Source of the DNA: Eledone cirrhosa
Lineage: Eukaryota
Length of the DNA stretch: 64,000 bases
Direction: 5' to 3'
Assembly: GCA_964016885.1 (NCBI GenBank)
Contig: OZ024740.1
Span: forward strand, 390,290,001-390,354,000
The notes below the pieces were generated by a model. It saw nothing but the letters and a program-made list of their open reading frames with translations, searched no databases and had not been told where the DNA came from. Shown piece after piece: positions 15,427 through 27,616 of this stretch (the stretch's first letter is position 1; every line of letters starts with the position of its first letter). Made by a program: the position numbers and the translations under genes.

Positions 15427-16180
15427 TTGCTCAAGGTCATAACGCAGCGGCAAAAAGAGATCGATGAAATAAGCTGTCGAGTGACGGATGCAGAGCAACG
15501 AACCAGCCTGAAGTTTCTGGTCCGGCTGGGAAAAACTCCGTCAGAAGTATTTGGAATACTGCAGCAAGTGTATGGAGATGAGACGCTGCAGCGTTCATGG
15601 GTTTTCTGGCACAAAAGGTTCAAAGAAGGATGCAAGGATGTGGAAGACGACCCCAGGAGCGATAGATCTTCAACAAGCAGGACTGAGGCCAACGTTGAGC
15701 AGGTGGTGAACAGTGATCGTCGGCTGGCTGTTTGTCTGATCGCCAGTGAGCTGGGTATAAAGTGCAACAGTGTTTGGAAGATTATCACTGAAGATTTGGG
15801 CATGCGGAAAGTCAGCGCGGAGATGGTGCTGAAGCTGCTGAAGGATGGCCAAAAGGAACGGTACAGGCAGGTGTGTCAGGACATCGTCAACGAGACTTGC
15901 TGGTGAGAGTCATGACCGGTGAAGAGTCAAAGATCTTAGAGTACGACACGAGGGGACCCGTTTTCCGGACGTGGAAGCCATGAAGAGGGCTGTGACGACG
16001 GAGCTGCGGAGAATCACGGGAAAATCCGCCCAGGAGTGTATGAAGCTGTGGCGAATAAGGATGGGAACTTGCATTAGATTCGTGGGAGATTATTTCGAAG
16101 GGGGACACTTGGAGTTTGTTGTTTAGATTTGAAATAGTTTTTTTGCGACCCCAGTCTTGTTTCTTTTTTGACAGACCTTA
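15427..16180 (+). mobile_element. Internally deleted mariner (Tc1/mariner) transposon, pseudogenised transposase
   Basis: ORF EQRTSLKFLVRLGKTPSE..W.KRFKEG..DVEDDPRS.R..LGMRKVSA.MV.KLL (mariner HTH); frameshifted MTGEES..EYD (TGDE motif); C-terminal QECMKLW..R..CI...GDYFEG at 16030-16102; right TIR-like TTTTTTGACAGACCTTATA. Confidence 0.85.
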
Positions 16181-16495
16181 TATATATATATATATACATT
16201 ATTTGTCATTACTACAACAGAGGTCCGACGACCTTTTGAATACAGAGTCGGACCAGATCGATACAGATCGAACCTTGAGCTGATCAATAGCGAAACGCAC
16301 GTCACCAATCAATAAACGTAATGAAGGCTTAACAAATCGTCCTTGTATTAATATATTCCACTCGGTCTAGCTCTACACTTCGCCACTTACGTGAATCTAA
16401 ACATCGAGTGCTCACCTGGGTGAACCTACAGTAACTTCGCGTTACATTCCCTGGATATATATATATATATATATATATATCGCGTTACATTCCCT

Positions 16496-16531
<36 letters not shown>

Positions 16532-16677
16532 TTTCGTTATTTGTTTTTATCGTCTCCGTTGAACCGGTACGTACTCACGCTCTATGCAAATTAGTCTGCC
16601 CACTACTAATTTTCATAGAAAAAGCATATAACGATATGTGCTTTTACGATTCTCTAGAAAGGCCGGAAGATAGGTAA

Positions 16678-16720
16678 ATATTGCTGATGAGATGTAACAA
16701 CATCGAAACTAGTTCAATAT
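16678..16720 (+). ncRNA. Minimal type I hammerhead ribozyme
   Basis: ATATTG-CTGATGA-GATGT AACA ACATC-GAAA-CTAG-TT^CAATAT: perfect helices I and II, palindromic helix III ACTAGT, GUU site. Confidence 0.85.
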
Positions 16721-17142
16721 TCCTTGTCTGGCTTTCTGGAGAATAGAGGAAATGTGTTTCCTCAAAAACCGTATGATTCTAAAAACCGGTTTGTCTGTGT
16801 GTTTACATACAGAATAGCTGGACACTCACAGTAAAGTGACCAGTGAAAAACTCGGTACATCTACATATGTATACGTGTGTGTATTCATATGCATACTAGT
16901 ATTTCAGTATACATATGTGGATGTACATTTTTAACTTAATTGTTTAAGCGTCAGTCATACAAAAGTGAGTTACAAACGAAACCAAATTTAATTTCGTTTC
17001 GTTATTTGTTTTTATCGTCTCCGTTGAACCGGTACGTACTCACGCTCTATGCAAATTAGTCTGCCCACTACTAATTTTCATAGAAAAAGCATATAACGAT
17101 ATGTGCTTTTACGATTCTCTAGAAAGGCCGGAAGATAGGTAA

Positions 17143-17185
17143 ATATTGCTGATGAGATGTAACAACATCGAAACTAGTTCAATAT
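17143..17185 (+). ncRNA. Minimal type I hammerhead ribozyme (second copy)
   Basis: Identical to 16678-16720, 465 bp downstream. Confidence 0.85.
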
Positions 17186-17401
17186 TCCTTGTCTGGCTTT
17201 CTGGAGAATAGAGGAAAGGTGTTTCCTCAAAAACCAGTATGACTCTAAAAACCGGTTTGTCTGTGTGTTTACATACAGAATAGCTGGACACTCACAGTAA
17301 AGTGACCAGTGAAAAACTCGGTACATCTACATATGTATACGTGTGTGTATTCATATGCATACTAGTATTTCAGTATACATATGTGGATGTACATTTTTAA
17401 C

Positions 17402-17445
<44 letters not shown>

Positions 17446-17489
17446 CAAAATATTAATAAATGAAGACATTCACATAATCAAAATATATG

Positions 17490-17551
17490 TTTTATTATAT
17501 ATATTTCGAAGGTACTGTGGTGTTTTTTCAGTACGTCCTCGTCAGATAGAA
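17490..17551 (-). ncRNA. Type I hammerhead ribozyme (predicted)
   Basis: Minus strand: TTCTAT-CTGACGA-GGACGTACTG..CAGTACCTTC-GAAA-TATATA-TA^ATAAAA; related to 29396-29457. Confidence 0.65.
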
Positions 17552-17688
17552 TACATGAATTGATGAATGACATACCTCAATGGTCTTGATAGTTCAATTC
17601 CAGTATTGGCGAACTTTTACTGTAGAGTGCTTTTAATCTATTGTAAAAGTGTATTAATTGAGTAATCAATGAACCATATTAATCTTTG

Positions 17689-17749
<61 letters not shown>

Positions 17750-18004
17750 ATGCATATTTCTGTAGGTACTTGGTGCCTGTTGGAATATCCATACCCTTTT
17801 ATAATTATTCTCCTATATGTAAAGAACAAAACGTTGTATCGCGCTGCTATTTTTAGCGGCATGAACAACAAGTTTATAATATCCCGCTTTTACTTATGGC
17901 CTATTTTTGTGTGTGTGTCACTTTAACGGCCTGACCCCATGCAACGGGCAGGAAGCGATATTTTCTCTAACTATGAGACTTTATACCCTTATGGTATGGA
18001 AATA

Positions 18005-18084
18005 GCTGTCTGAAGATCTAATTCTTTCCATTGGAAATTCTCTGAATTTCCAATATTTTGATTAGTGAAACCGTCGGTAACGGC
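18005..18084 (+). ncRNA. Type I hammerhead ribozyme with enlarged helix II
   Basis: GCTGT-CTGAAGA-TCTAAT..[TTGGAAATTC TCT GAATTTCCAA]..ATTAGT-GAAA-CCGTCGG-TA^ACGGC; lies within element 17755-18140. Confidence 0.75.
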
Positions 18085-18167
18085 AATAGAACAGGTGAAT
18101 ATTTAAATCATTTTTTAATTTATTTAAAAGATTGTTTGTTTGATGATCACTTGTTCCGGTCATTTTC

Positions 18168-18235
<68 letters not shown>

Positions 18236-18237
<2 letters not shown>

Positions 18238-18399
18238 CTCAAGCCGTTTCGACGGCTACTTCTTGACTGAAATAGCCGTCGAAACGGCTTGAGCTCTACG
18301 GTCGGGATCAAACTTTTTCTTATTACCCACTCTACTACCCTAAGTATTGAGTACTCTGGTGCGTTATGGTCCATCTGGTTCCTTACCACACCTCCTTCG

Positions 18400-18401
<2 letters not shown>
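18236..18401 (+). mobile_element. Short fold-back element family B (copies at 6655, 28834, 29113, 41289)
   Basis: AAGCCGTTTCGACGGCTA..TAGCCGTCGAAACGGCTTGAGC hairpin followed by the conserved tail TTACCCACTCTACTACCCTAAGTATTGAGTACTCTGGTGCG..CCTTCGTTA(TA)n. Confidence 0.75.
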
Positions 18402-18448
<47 letters not shown>

Positions 18449-18453
<5 letters not shown>

Positions 18454-21352
18454 ATAAATGCTCTGAAATAGCGATATATATGTGAATATAGACATAGAAT
18501 ATTCGAAAATACTCTGTATGTTTATAATAAACATATATATGTTTATAATAAACATATATATCGCTATTTCAGAGCATTTATTCCAATTTCTAATTTCTGC
18601 CGGACCGGCAACCGCTCTTTCAAACCAGTTCCTGTACACAGCTAAGTATTCTATAAGTCTCTAGCTGTGTCATTCTCGATAAAAGCACTGGATATGTAGT
18701 CCTGATGATTTCTAACGAGAATGAAACGCGTAGATTACTTCCCTTGCTTTTATCGAGAATCTAATTGTAATACGTGACGTATTCTATTCTATAGCGATTA
18801 GGTCTTCAAAATGTTTATTATAAACATACAGAGTATTTTCGAATATTCTATGTCTATATTCACATATATATCGCTATTTCAGAGCATTTATTCCAATTTC
18901 TAATTTCTGCCGGACCGGCAACCGCTCTTTCAAACCAGTTCCTGTACACAGCTAAGTATTCTATAAGTCTCTAGCTGTGTCATTCTCGATAAAAGCACTG
19001 GATATGTAGTCCTGATGATTTCTAACGAGAATGAAACGCGTAGATTACTTCCCTTGCTTTTATCGAGAATCTAATTGTAATACGTGACGTATTCTATTCT
19101 ATAGCGATTAGGTCTTCAAAATGTTTATTATAAACATACAGAGTATTTTCGAATATTCTATGTCTATATTCACATATATATCGCTATTTCAGAGCATTTA
19201 TTCCAATTTCTAATTTCTGCCGGACCGGCAACCGCTCTTTCAAACCAGTTCCTGTACACAGCTAAGTATTCTATAAGTCTCTAGCTGTGTCATTCTCGAT
19301 AAAAGCACTGGATATGTAGTCCTGATGATTTCTAACGAGAATGAAACGCGTAGATTACTTCCCTTGCTTTTATCGAGAATCTAATTGTAATACGTGACGT
19401 ATTCTATTCTATAGCGATTAGGTCTTCAAAATGTTTATTATAAACATACAGAGTATTTTCGAATATTCTATGTCTATATTCACATATATATCGCTATTTC
19501 AGAGCATTTATTCCAATTTCTAATTTCTGCCGGACCGGCAACCGCTCTTTCAAACCAGTTCCTGTACACAGCTAAGTATTCTATAAGTCTCTAGCTGTGT
19601 CATTCTCGATAAAAGCACTGGATATGTAGTCCTGATGATTTCTAACGAGAATGAAACGCGTAGATTACTTCCCTTGCTTTTATCGAGAATCTAATTGTAA
19701 TACGTGACGTATTCTATTCTATAGCGATTAGGTCTTCAAAATGTTTATTATAAACATACAGAGTATTTTCGAATATTCTATGTCTATATTCACATATATA
19801 TCGCTATTTCAGAGCATTTATTCCAATTTCTAATTTCTGCCGGACCGGCAACCGCTCTTTCAAACCAGTTCCTGTACACAGCTAAGTATTCTATAAGTCT
19901 CTAGCTGTGTCATTCTCGATAAAAGCACTGGATATGTAGTCCTGATGATTTCTAACGAGAATGAAACGCGTAGATTACTTCCCTTGCTTTTATCGAGAAT
20001 CTAATTGTAATACGTGACGTATTCTATTCTATAGCGATTAGGTCTTCAAAATGTTTATTATAAACATACAGAGTATTTTCGAATATTCTATGTCTATATT
20101 CACATATATATCGCTATTTCAGAGCATTTATTCCAATTTCTAATTTCTGCCGGACCGGCAACCGCTCTTTCAAACCAGTTCCTGTACACAGCTAAGTATT
20201 CTATAAGTCTCTAGCTGTGTCATTCTCGATAAAAGCACTGGATATGTAGTCCTGATGATTTCTAACGAGAATGAAACGCGTAGATTACTTCCCTTGCTTT
20301 TATCGAGAATCTAATTGTAATACGTGACGTATTCTATTCTATAGCGATTAGGTCTTCAAAATGTTTATTATAAACATACAGAGTATTTTCGAATATTCTA
20401 TGTCTATATTCACATATATATCGCTATTTCAGAGCATTTATTCCAATTTCTAATTTCTGCCGGACCGGCAACCGCTCTTTCAAACCAGTTCCTGTACACA
20501 GCTAAGTATTCTATAAGTCTCTAGCTGTGTCATTCTCGATAAAAGCACTGGATATGTAGTCCTGATGATTTCTAACGAGAATGAAACGCGTAGATTACTT
20601 CCCTTGCTTTTATCGAGAATCTAATTGTAATACGTGACGTATTCTATTCTATAGCGATTAGGTCTTCAAAATGTTTATTATAAACATACAGAGTATTTTC
20701 GAATATTCTATGTCTATATTCACATATATATCGCTATTTCAGAGCATTTATTCCAATTTCTAATTTCTGCCGGACCGGCAACCGCTCTTTCAAACCAGTT
20801 CCTGTACACAGCTAAGTATTCTATAAGTCTCTAGCTGTGTCATTCTCGATAAAAGCACTGGATATGTAGTCCTGATGATTTCTAACGAGAATGAAACGCG
20901 TAGATTACTTCCCTTGCTTTTATCGAGAATCTAATTGTAATACGTGACGTATTCTATTCTATAGCGATTAGGTCTTCAAAATGTTTATTATAAACATACA
21001 GAGTATTTTCGAATATTCTATGTCTATATTCACATATATATCGCTATTTCAGAGCATTTATTCCAATTTCTAATTTCTGCCGGACCGGCAACCGCTCTTT
21101 CAAACCAGTTCCTGTACACAGCTAAGTATTCTATAAGTCTCTAGCTGTGTCATTCTCGATAAAAGCACTGGATATGTAGTCCTGATGATTTCTAACGAGA
21201 ATGAAACGCGTAGATTACTTCCCTTGCTTTTATCGAGAATCTAATTGTAATACGTGACGTATTCTATTCTATAGCGATTAGGTCTTCAAAATGTTTATTA
21301 TAAACATACAGAGTATTTTCGAATATTCTATGTCTATATTCACATATATATA
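18449..21352 (+). mobile_element. Retrozyme-like tandem array: nine 310-bp units, each with a type I hammerhead ribozyme, plus 5' inverted segment
   Basis: Exact 310-bp period (CTGATGA at 18702, 19012, 19322, 19632, 19942, 20252, 20562, 20872, 21182); 18449-18535 is the reverse complement of the unit junction; both ends in (TA)n. Confidence 0.9.
18696..18738 (+). ncRNA. Minimal type I hammerhead ribozyme (first of 9 copies, every 310 bp)
   Basis: GTAGTC-CTGATGA-T TTCT AACG AGAA T-GAAA-CGCG-TA^GATTAC; helix I extended by a perfect 16-bp pair, ATTCTCGATAAAAGCA (18672-87) / TGCTTTTATCGAGAAT (18745-60); predicted cleavage after A18732. Confidence 0.88.
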
Positions 21353-21541
21353 TATATAAAAGTGGATGAATACTTCAACAGGCACTAAGTACTTGTAGAA
21401 ATATGCAAGGTGTTTATAATATTTGTGGTTCGATGGTACTAATTTGAGATACCAGAACAATATAAAAAGAGCGGAGCAAGCGGTTATCAAACAATTCTCT
21501 AAATAAATTAAAAAACGATTTAAATAATCACCTGTTCTATT

Positions 21542-21621
21542 GCTGTTACCGACGGTTTCACCATTCCAAAAATTGGAAATGCAGAGAATTTCCAATGGAA
21601 AGAAATGGATCTTCAGACAGC
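21542..21621 (-). ncRNA. Type I hammerhead ribozyme, paralogue of 18005-18084
   Basis: Minus strand: GCTGT-CTGAAGA-TCCATT...AATGGT-GAAA-CCGTCGG-TA^ACAGC; within element 21360-21810, with an inverted partial copy at 21811-21925. Confidence 0.78.
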
Positions 21622-21945
21622 TTATTTCCATACTATAAGGTTGCCAGCCTTACAGTAAGTAAATATTTCGCTTCCTGGCCAACGCATGCGGTCAAGCCGT
21701 TAAAATGACACACACGCAAAATCAGGTCGCAGATAATAGCTGTTTATTATAAACGTGTTGATATTGCCACTAAAATTAGCAGCATTATTCAACGTTTTGT
21801 TCTCTACATGGATTTCCAATTTTTGGAATGCTGAAACCGTCGGTAACAGCAATAGAACAGGTGATTATTTAAATCGTTTTTTAATTTATTTAGAGAATTG
21901 TTTGATACCCGCTTGCTCCGCTCTTTATATATATATATAGAGAGA

Positions 21946-23879
21946 GAATTCACAAGAATCAAAGCTATGTTCAAAGCATTTATTCACTTACAATTGTTTC
22001 ATCCAAACCTAGGCTTGGAATCTTCGGAGCATTTTTTAATGCTTGTACATATAATAGACCTCCTATCCAACGCAAGAGACATACAGATACATATATATAT
22101 ATATTGATGTAGAGTAGAGTGACATATATTATACTATACTATATTTGTATAGCAATTCAAATTTAAAATCAAAATTAAAATTAAAAATTAAAATACATGC
22201 GGCAGATAACACAGATAATGCAAGAGGATAGTCCGATAATCAGATCTAGTAGATAGTGTATGCGTTAGTCATACATGGAGCATGCAAGTGTGTCTCATTT
22301 ATATACGAGTATTGTGTGGCAAGGTATTACATGTAATACAAGCACTTTAAGCGGGTAAGCAAGAGTATTATGGTAGTTGTAGTGGGAGGGTATTTTTTGT
22401 ATAGATAAAAAAAGTATGTGTGCAGAAAAAGAAAAAGAAAAAGAAAAAGAAAAAGAAAAAGAAAAAGAAAAAGAAAAAGAAAGTTATAGTTTTCGCATCC
22501 ACCACCATTTTCACATTCAGAAAAAGGAAGTTATAGTTTTCACATCCATCACATATGTTACGATGAATTCGTATTGAATGTTTGATGTAGTAAATGATTG
22601 TAACGTATTGAGGCTCAGTGTTATCTAATCCATATTTATAGAATAGGTTCTTTCTGCTGCGAAAATTTACAGCGGTTTATTATCCGGAAGTAGGTGTGTA
22701 ATTAAGGGGAGTTAATGCGTAAGGGGAGGTAACTAGCTGATTCTCATAACTAAATTCATTGCTCTAACATACATTATATGGTGCCTCAATTGAGTCCCTT
22801 ATATAAAAGGTTATATATTTATATTTAATTTTAAATACAGTCTACTCTATCATAATGTATTAAAGGTATCTATAAGAAGTTGATTACTCCTCATTATATA
22901 GCGCTATAATTGAATTTCCCACACAAAGTGCTATATCTTTATATCAAAATTCACTGTAAATACAGTCTACTCTCAAAACATATCAAAGGACCAATTAGAA
23001 TTTTGTCTACATAACCTTTGGTAAGCTATGGAGCAGCGTACGGCTGTTTGCATGATAAAATTAAATACATCCTTGGGTAAACAAATACATCCCTCATTTA
23101 CAATGTCATTAATCTTACCATTAAGTTATACATGCATATATGATTCATATATAATTCATTGCACCACACTACATATAAGTTAGACAGATCCCTTATGTTA
23201 ATAAATTAATCCTATATATATCTAATGTTATTACTCTATACATTTAATTACAAATGCATATATAATTCATTGTTGTATCTAGCATTTAAAGTTTATATAA
23301 ACTGTATTATATTTCAATCCCTATATAATTATAAGTAATTAAAAGTAATTATATTAAAAGTTGGTGTTTATGGGGATATTTCAAGGGTATAAAGTTATAG
23401 ATAGATAGAATGATTTGTGTCGAGGAAAGAGTGGATCAGAGAGTGTGGTGTAGTGGTGGAAGGCAAGCCCTTGAGGTGGGGTGTTAGAAGCGGTGATGAG
23501 TTTAAGTCTGACATTGTTATATATTAGGTTTAAAGCTTTGGTAGGAGTGTCGGAAGCGGTGCTGGCACGACGCAAACACTTCCGATTTTTGATTTTTTTA
23601 ACACATTATCTGTGTTATCTGACGCATGTATTTTCATTTTTTATTTTAATTTTGATTTTAAACTTGAATTGCTATACAAATATAGTATAGTATAATATAT
23701 GTCACTCCACTGTACATCAATATATATATATATGTATCTGTATGTCTCTTGCGTTGGATAGGAGGTCTATTATATGTACAAGCATTAAAAAATGCTCCGT
23801 AGATCCCAAGGCTAGGTTTGGATGAAACAATCGTAAGTGAATAAATGCTTTGAACATAGCTTTGATTCTTGTGAATTCT
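21946..23879 (-). mobile_element. Penelope-like remnant with ~260-bp inverted terminal repeats containing an HHR-like motif
   Basis: 21946-22205 is inverted relative to 23623-23879; minus strand 21986-22030 reads GCT-CCGAAGA-TTCCAAGC CTAG GTTTGGAT-GAAA-CAATTG-TA^AGT. Confidence 0.65.
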
Positions 23880-24342
23880 ATATAACTGCTCTGTAGAGCA
23901 ACTGATGTTCTTACATTGAGCTATTTATCTTACTGGTAATAAGGTAGTAATAAATTACTGACCTTCCCTGTTTATAGTTTAAAATATACATAACTATAAA
24001 AAGTTTAAAATATACATAACTATAAATAGTATCCTTAATATTATAATATTATAATTTCAACTTTGTATTTTGAAAATTCGGATGTCACAGTATCTTTCTT
24101 GATTGCCTATTATGACATAGTGTAGCAATAACGGACTGAAATTCTGATGAAACAATTGTTAATACGTGGATTAAATCCTTTTGTAACTGTTTACCTTCGT
24201 CCTATTTCTCTTTTTTTATTACACTCCTCGTTTGTTCGTGTTTCCACCACAGAATCCCTACCAACCTGTTGAGTCACCTTAACGTATGTTGATAACTTTC
24301 CTCACAACTTGTTCTACCAAGCTTTGGAATATTCCTAATTAC

Positions 24343-24408
<66 letters not shown>

Positions 24409-25392
24409 TATATGTGTTCAAATCGCAAGGGACTTGATTCGCTAAGGTGAAAATAATACTAACTATAGACGAGACAAGCGAATCCAATTGTCTATAGTTA
24501 GTATTCTTTTCCCCTTAGCGAATCAGGTCCCTTGCGATTTGAACACATATATCTATATATCTGTGTTCGCTTTTCTTTTATATTCTATTATAATACACGG
24601 CTCAGAAATATCTTTTTCTTAGAGCTATTTTGTTGTAAGAGACTATTTTGAGTTCCTAACTCAATTTATACATTTAATATATATATATACTATATCCCCT
24701 ATAATTTCACCAACTAACAACCCTTCGAGCCATGACCACCCAACCGCAAACCCTTCTCTCTCATATAAAAATATAAATACAAATACTAGCACAGTTATTG
24801 GGAATATAGCAAGCACATCTGAAATCCTATGTACAAACGGTTGCATTTAAACCTATTAAGAAAATCAGATTATTAATGAGATTTCTTATTCGAAAATAAA
24901 ATTCCCTACAGGTTCATTCTGACCACTCTAACACAATACAATACTTACACAAATTTTATTATTTTCTTACCTATATATTTTTTTATCTACTTTTTACTTT
25001 TCTTTGGTTCCATCTATATTCCTCTACTTGTTCTATTTTTAGAACAAATTATTCCTCTTGAACAAAGAAACAACAAATATTTAGGATTTTTCTATACTAT
25101 TCTACTGGATATAACACACTGATATCGGCACCCCTTTTCCTACAACTTTAATCTTCCTTGACCGTCCACACTTTTCTGAAATTTCGATACAATCTGTCTA
25201 AATTCCTTTACACTCGCAACTTTCTTTTCTTTAAGGTCATTCGATACCTCATCCCCTGACTGCTAATTTATTCATCTACTACTACCAGCTTAATGATCTA
25301 TATTTCCCCTTCCTATCTTTACTATTGGTCAATCTCACCTTGTTCTTGAAAGGTTACTTATTCATACATGTTTTATATTCTTCTATAAACAA

Positions 25393-25583
25393 AGGCGGTG
25401 GATTGGCAGTATCAGTAGAGGGTCGGACGCCATGCTTTCCAGCATAGTTACGTCCCTTTACGATCTGAGTTCAAATCCCGCCGAGGTTGACTTCGCCTTT
25501 CATCCTTACGGGGTCGATAAAATAAAGTACCAGTAATGTACTGAGTAATTGCTGGCCTTGTGCCAAAAAGTAGAGACAATTAT
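25393..25583 (+). mobile_element. Family A SINE
   Basis: Full-length match to 4478-4670. Confidence 0.85.
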
Positions 25584-25719
25584 TTCTGAAGACGGCGGAT
25601 AGGGAAGACGTATGTATATTTTCTTACTTTGATAATTTGTAATATATTTTACATAGATCACTAATAGAATGAACATACGGAGAACTACCCCCCCCCCTCA
25701 GAAACGATCGTAAAATAAT
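25579..25719 (+). ncRNA. Type I hammerhead ribozyme with ~108-nt helix II domain (predicted)
   Basis: ATTATTT-CTGAAGA-..CGTATGT..ACATACG..-GAAA-CGATCG-TA^AAATAAT; helix III palindrome ACGATCGT. Confidence 0.55.
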
Positions 25720-26109
25720 GAGTTTTACTATGAATTACCCGTATTCTGTTTAATTTCATTGTTTTCACTATTTGTATTTTTTTGACTCTGCTTCCAAGGA
25801 ATTATATCGTTGAAATTTTGTATTTTAAACTTTGCTTCACGACACCTTCTATATACGGATTACGTGGAGTTTTTCATACGGCTTCGACCCTACCATTAAT
25901 TGGTGGATTTATCTGTGTTTATATATAAGAGTGTATTGAAGTTTGCTTGGAGCATTATGGAGTAATAAAAATAGTTGTTTGGGAAGCCTCAACAATGCAG
26001 ATGGGTAAATCTCCAGGTAACAGAATCAGGTGGTAATGAGAGAGAGATGTAAGAGGAAGCGTAGAAAGAGACGTAGAGAGCGTAAAGGAAAGTAGGAAAA
26101 GTGTAAAAA

Positions 26110-26290
26110 ATAATTGTTTCTATTTTTGGCACAAGGCCAGCAATTATCCCAGTGTATTACTGGTACTTTATTTTATCGACCCCGTAAGGATGAAAGGCAA
26201 AGTTAACCTCGGCGGGATTTGAAATCAGACCATAAAGAGCCGTAACTCTTTGCTGCAAAGCATGGCGTCCGACCCTCTACTGATACTGCC
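26110..26290 (-). mobile_element. Family A SINE
   Basis: Match to 4478-4670. Confidence 0.85.
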
Positions 26291-26356
26291 ACGAGATAGA
26301 GTTACCTTGGAAGTGATTTAATAGTCCCTATATTTCGGATTTCGCATCCATCAACT

Positions 26357-26462
<106 letters not shown>

Positions 26463-26704
26463 GTGTGTAACTTAGAATTTCAGCAAAAAGAGATCGATGA
26501 AATAACTACCAGACTTCTAAAAAATAAGTCTGCTTATTGACATGGGTAGGAGAGGGGGAGAACAAACAAAGGGTAGCAACAAGTGGATTCGTTGTCCTCG
26601 TGAGATGCAATAAATAAGAAAGCTTAAATTAACTGGTTCTGGTCTCTAGCGAGAGAAACGGAGCTAACCAAGCTTTTCATCAGAAAGATAAAGCGTATTT
26701 TTTT

Positions 26705-26776
26705 CAACATCATCACAATTGTTTTTACCACCACCATCATCATCACCATCATCACCATCATCATCACCATCATCAC

Positions 26777-26817
<41 letters not shown>

Positions 26818-26890
26818 CCATCATTATCATCATCATCACCATCATCATCACCATCATAATCATCATCTTTACCATCATCATCATCACCAC

Positions 26891-26956
<66 letters not shown>

Positions 26957-27130
26957 TACCATCATCATCATCATCGTCATCATTATCATTACTAACTTTC
27001 TTTCTGTCTTTGTTTATATGTTCCTTTCTTTGTTTCTTTCGTTCTTTCTCTTTTTTTGTTTCTTTTCTCATTTTCTTTCTTTTTCTGGTTCTTCCTTCCT
27101 TCCTTCCTTTTTCTTTCTCCCCATTTCCAT

Positions 27131-27161
<31 letters not shown>

Positions 27162-27174
27162 ATCTTTCTTTTTT

Positions 27175-27221
<47 letters not shown>

Positions 27222-27578
27222 CTCTTTCTTTGTTTCTTTCCTTCCCTTTTCTTTCATTCTTTCATTCCTCCTTCACCTTACTTTCATCACCGCCCCCGTT
27301 ATTCTTTTATTCCTCCACAGTACGTATTTTCGTGGTAGTTAACTGCGGGGGTGTATGTTCAGTTACACGAGAATATTGGCTGGTGTAAAGCCCAATCTGT
27401 CATGAGATTTAGATAATATGTAATTCTTTTTCTTTCTTTTAATATTAAATAACCATTCTCTTGTTGTAAGACGAAGACAACGATCCCTGCATTATTAGCT
27501 TTGGTTTACAATCAAGCTTTTCACCAACTCTGAAAAATACACAACAACAAGATCAACATCAACACCACCACCACCACC

Positions 27579-27616
<38 letters not shown>

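Larger units (their letters stand above)
16530..17408 (+). mobile_element. 465-bp tandem dimer carrying one HHR per unit (retrozyme/pLTR-like)
   Basis: 16530-16940 repeats at 16995-17408 with few substitutions; bounded by (TA)n. Confidence 0.8.
24406..25925 (+). mobile_element. Probable Penelope-like 3' remnant interrupted by a SINE
   Basis: Terminal hairpin 24406-24556; possible decayed GIY-YIG C-terminus (FLIRK*NSLQ, ~24882); HHR at 25579-25719. Confidence 0.45.
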
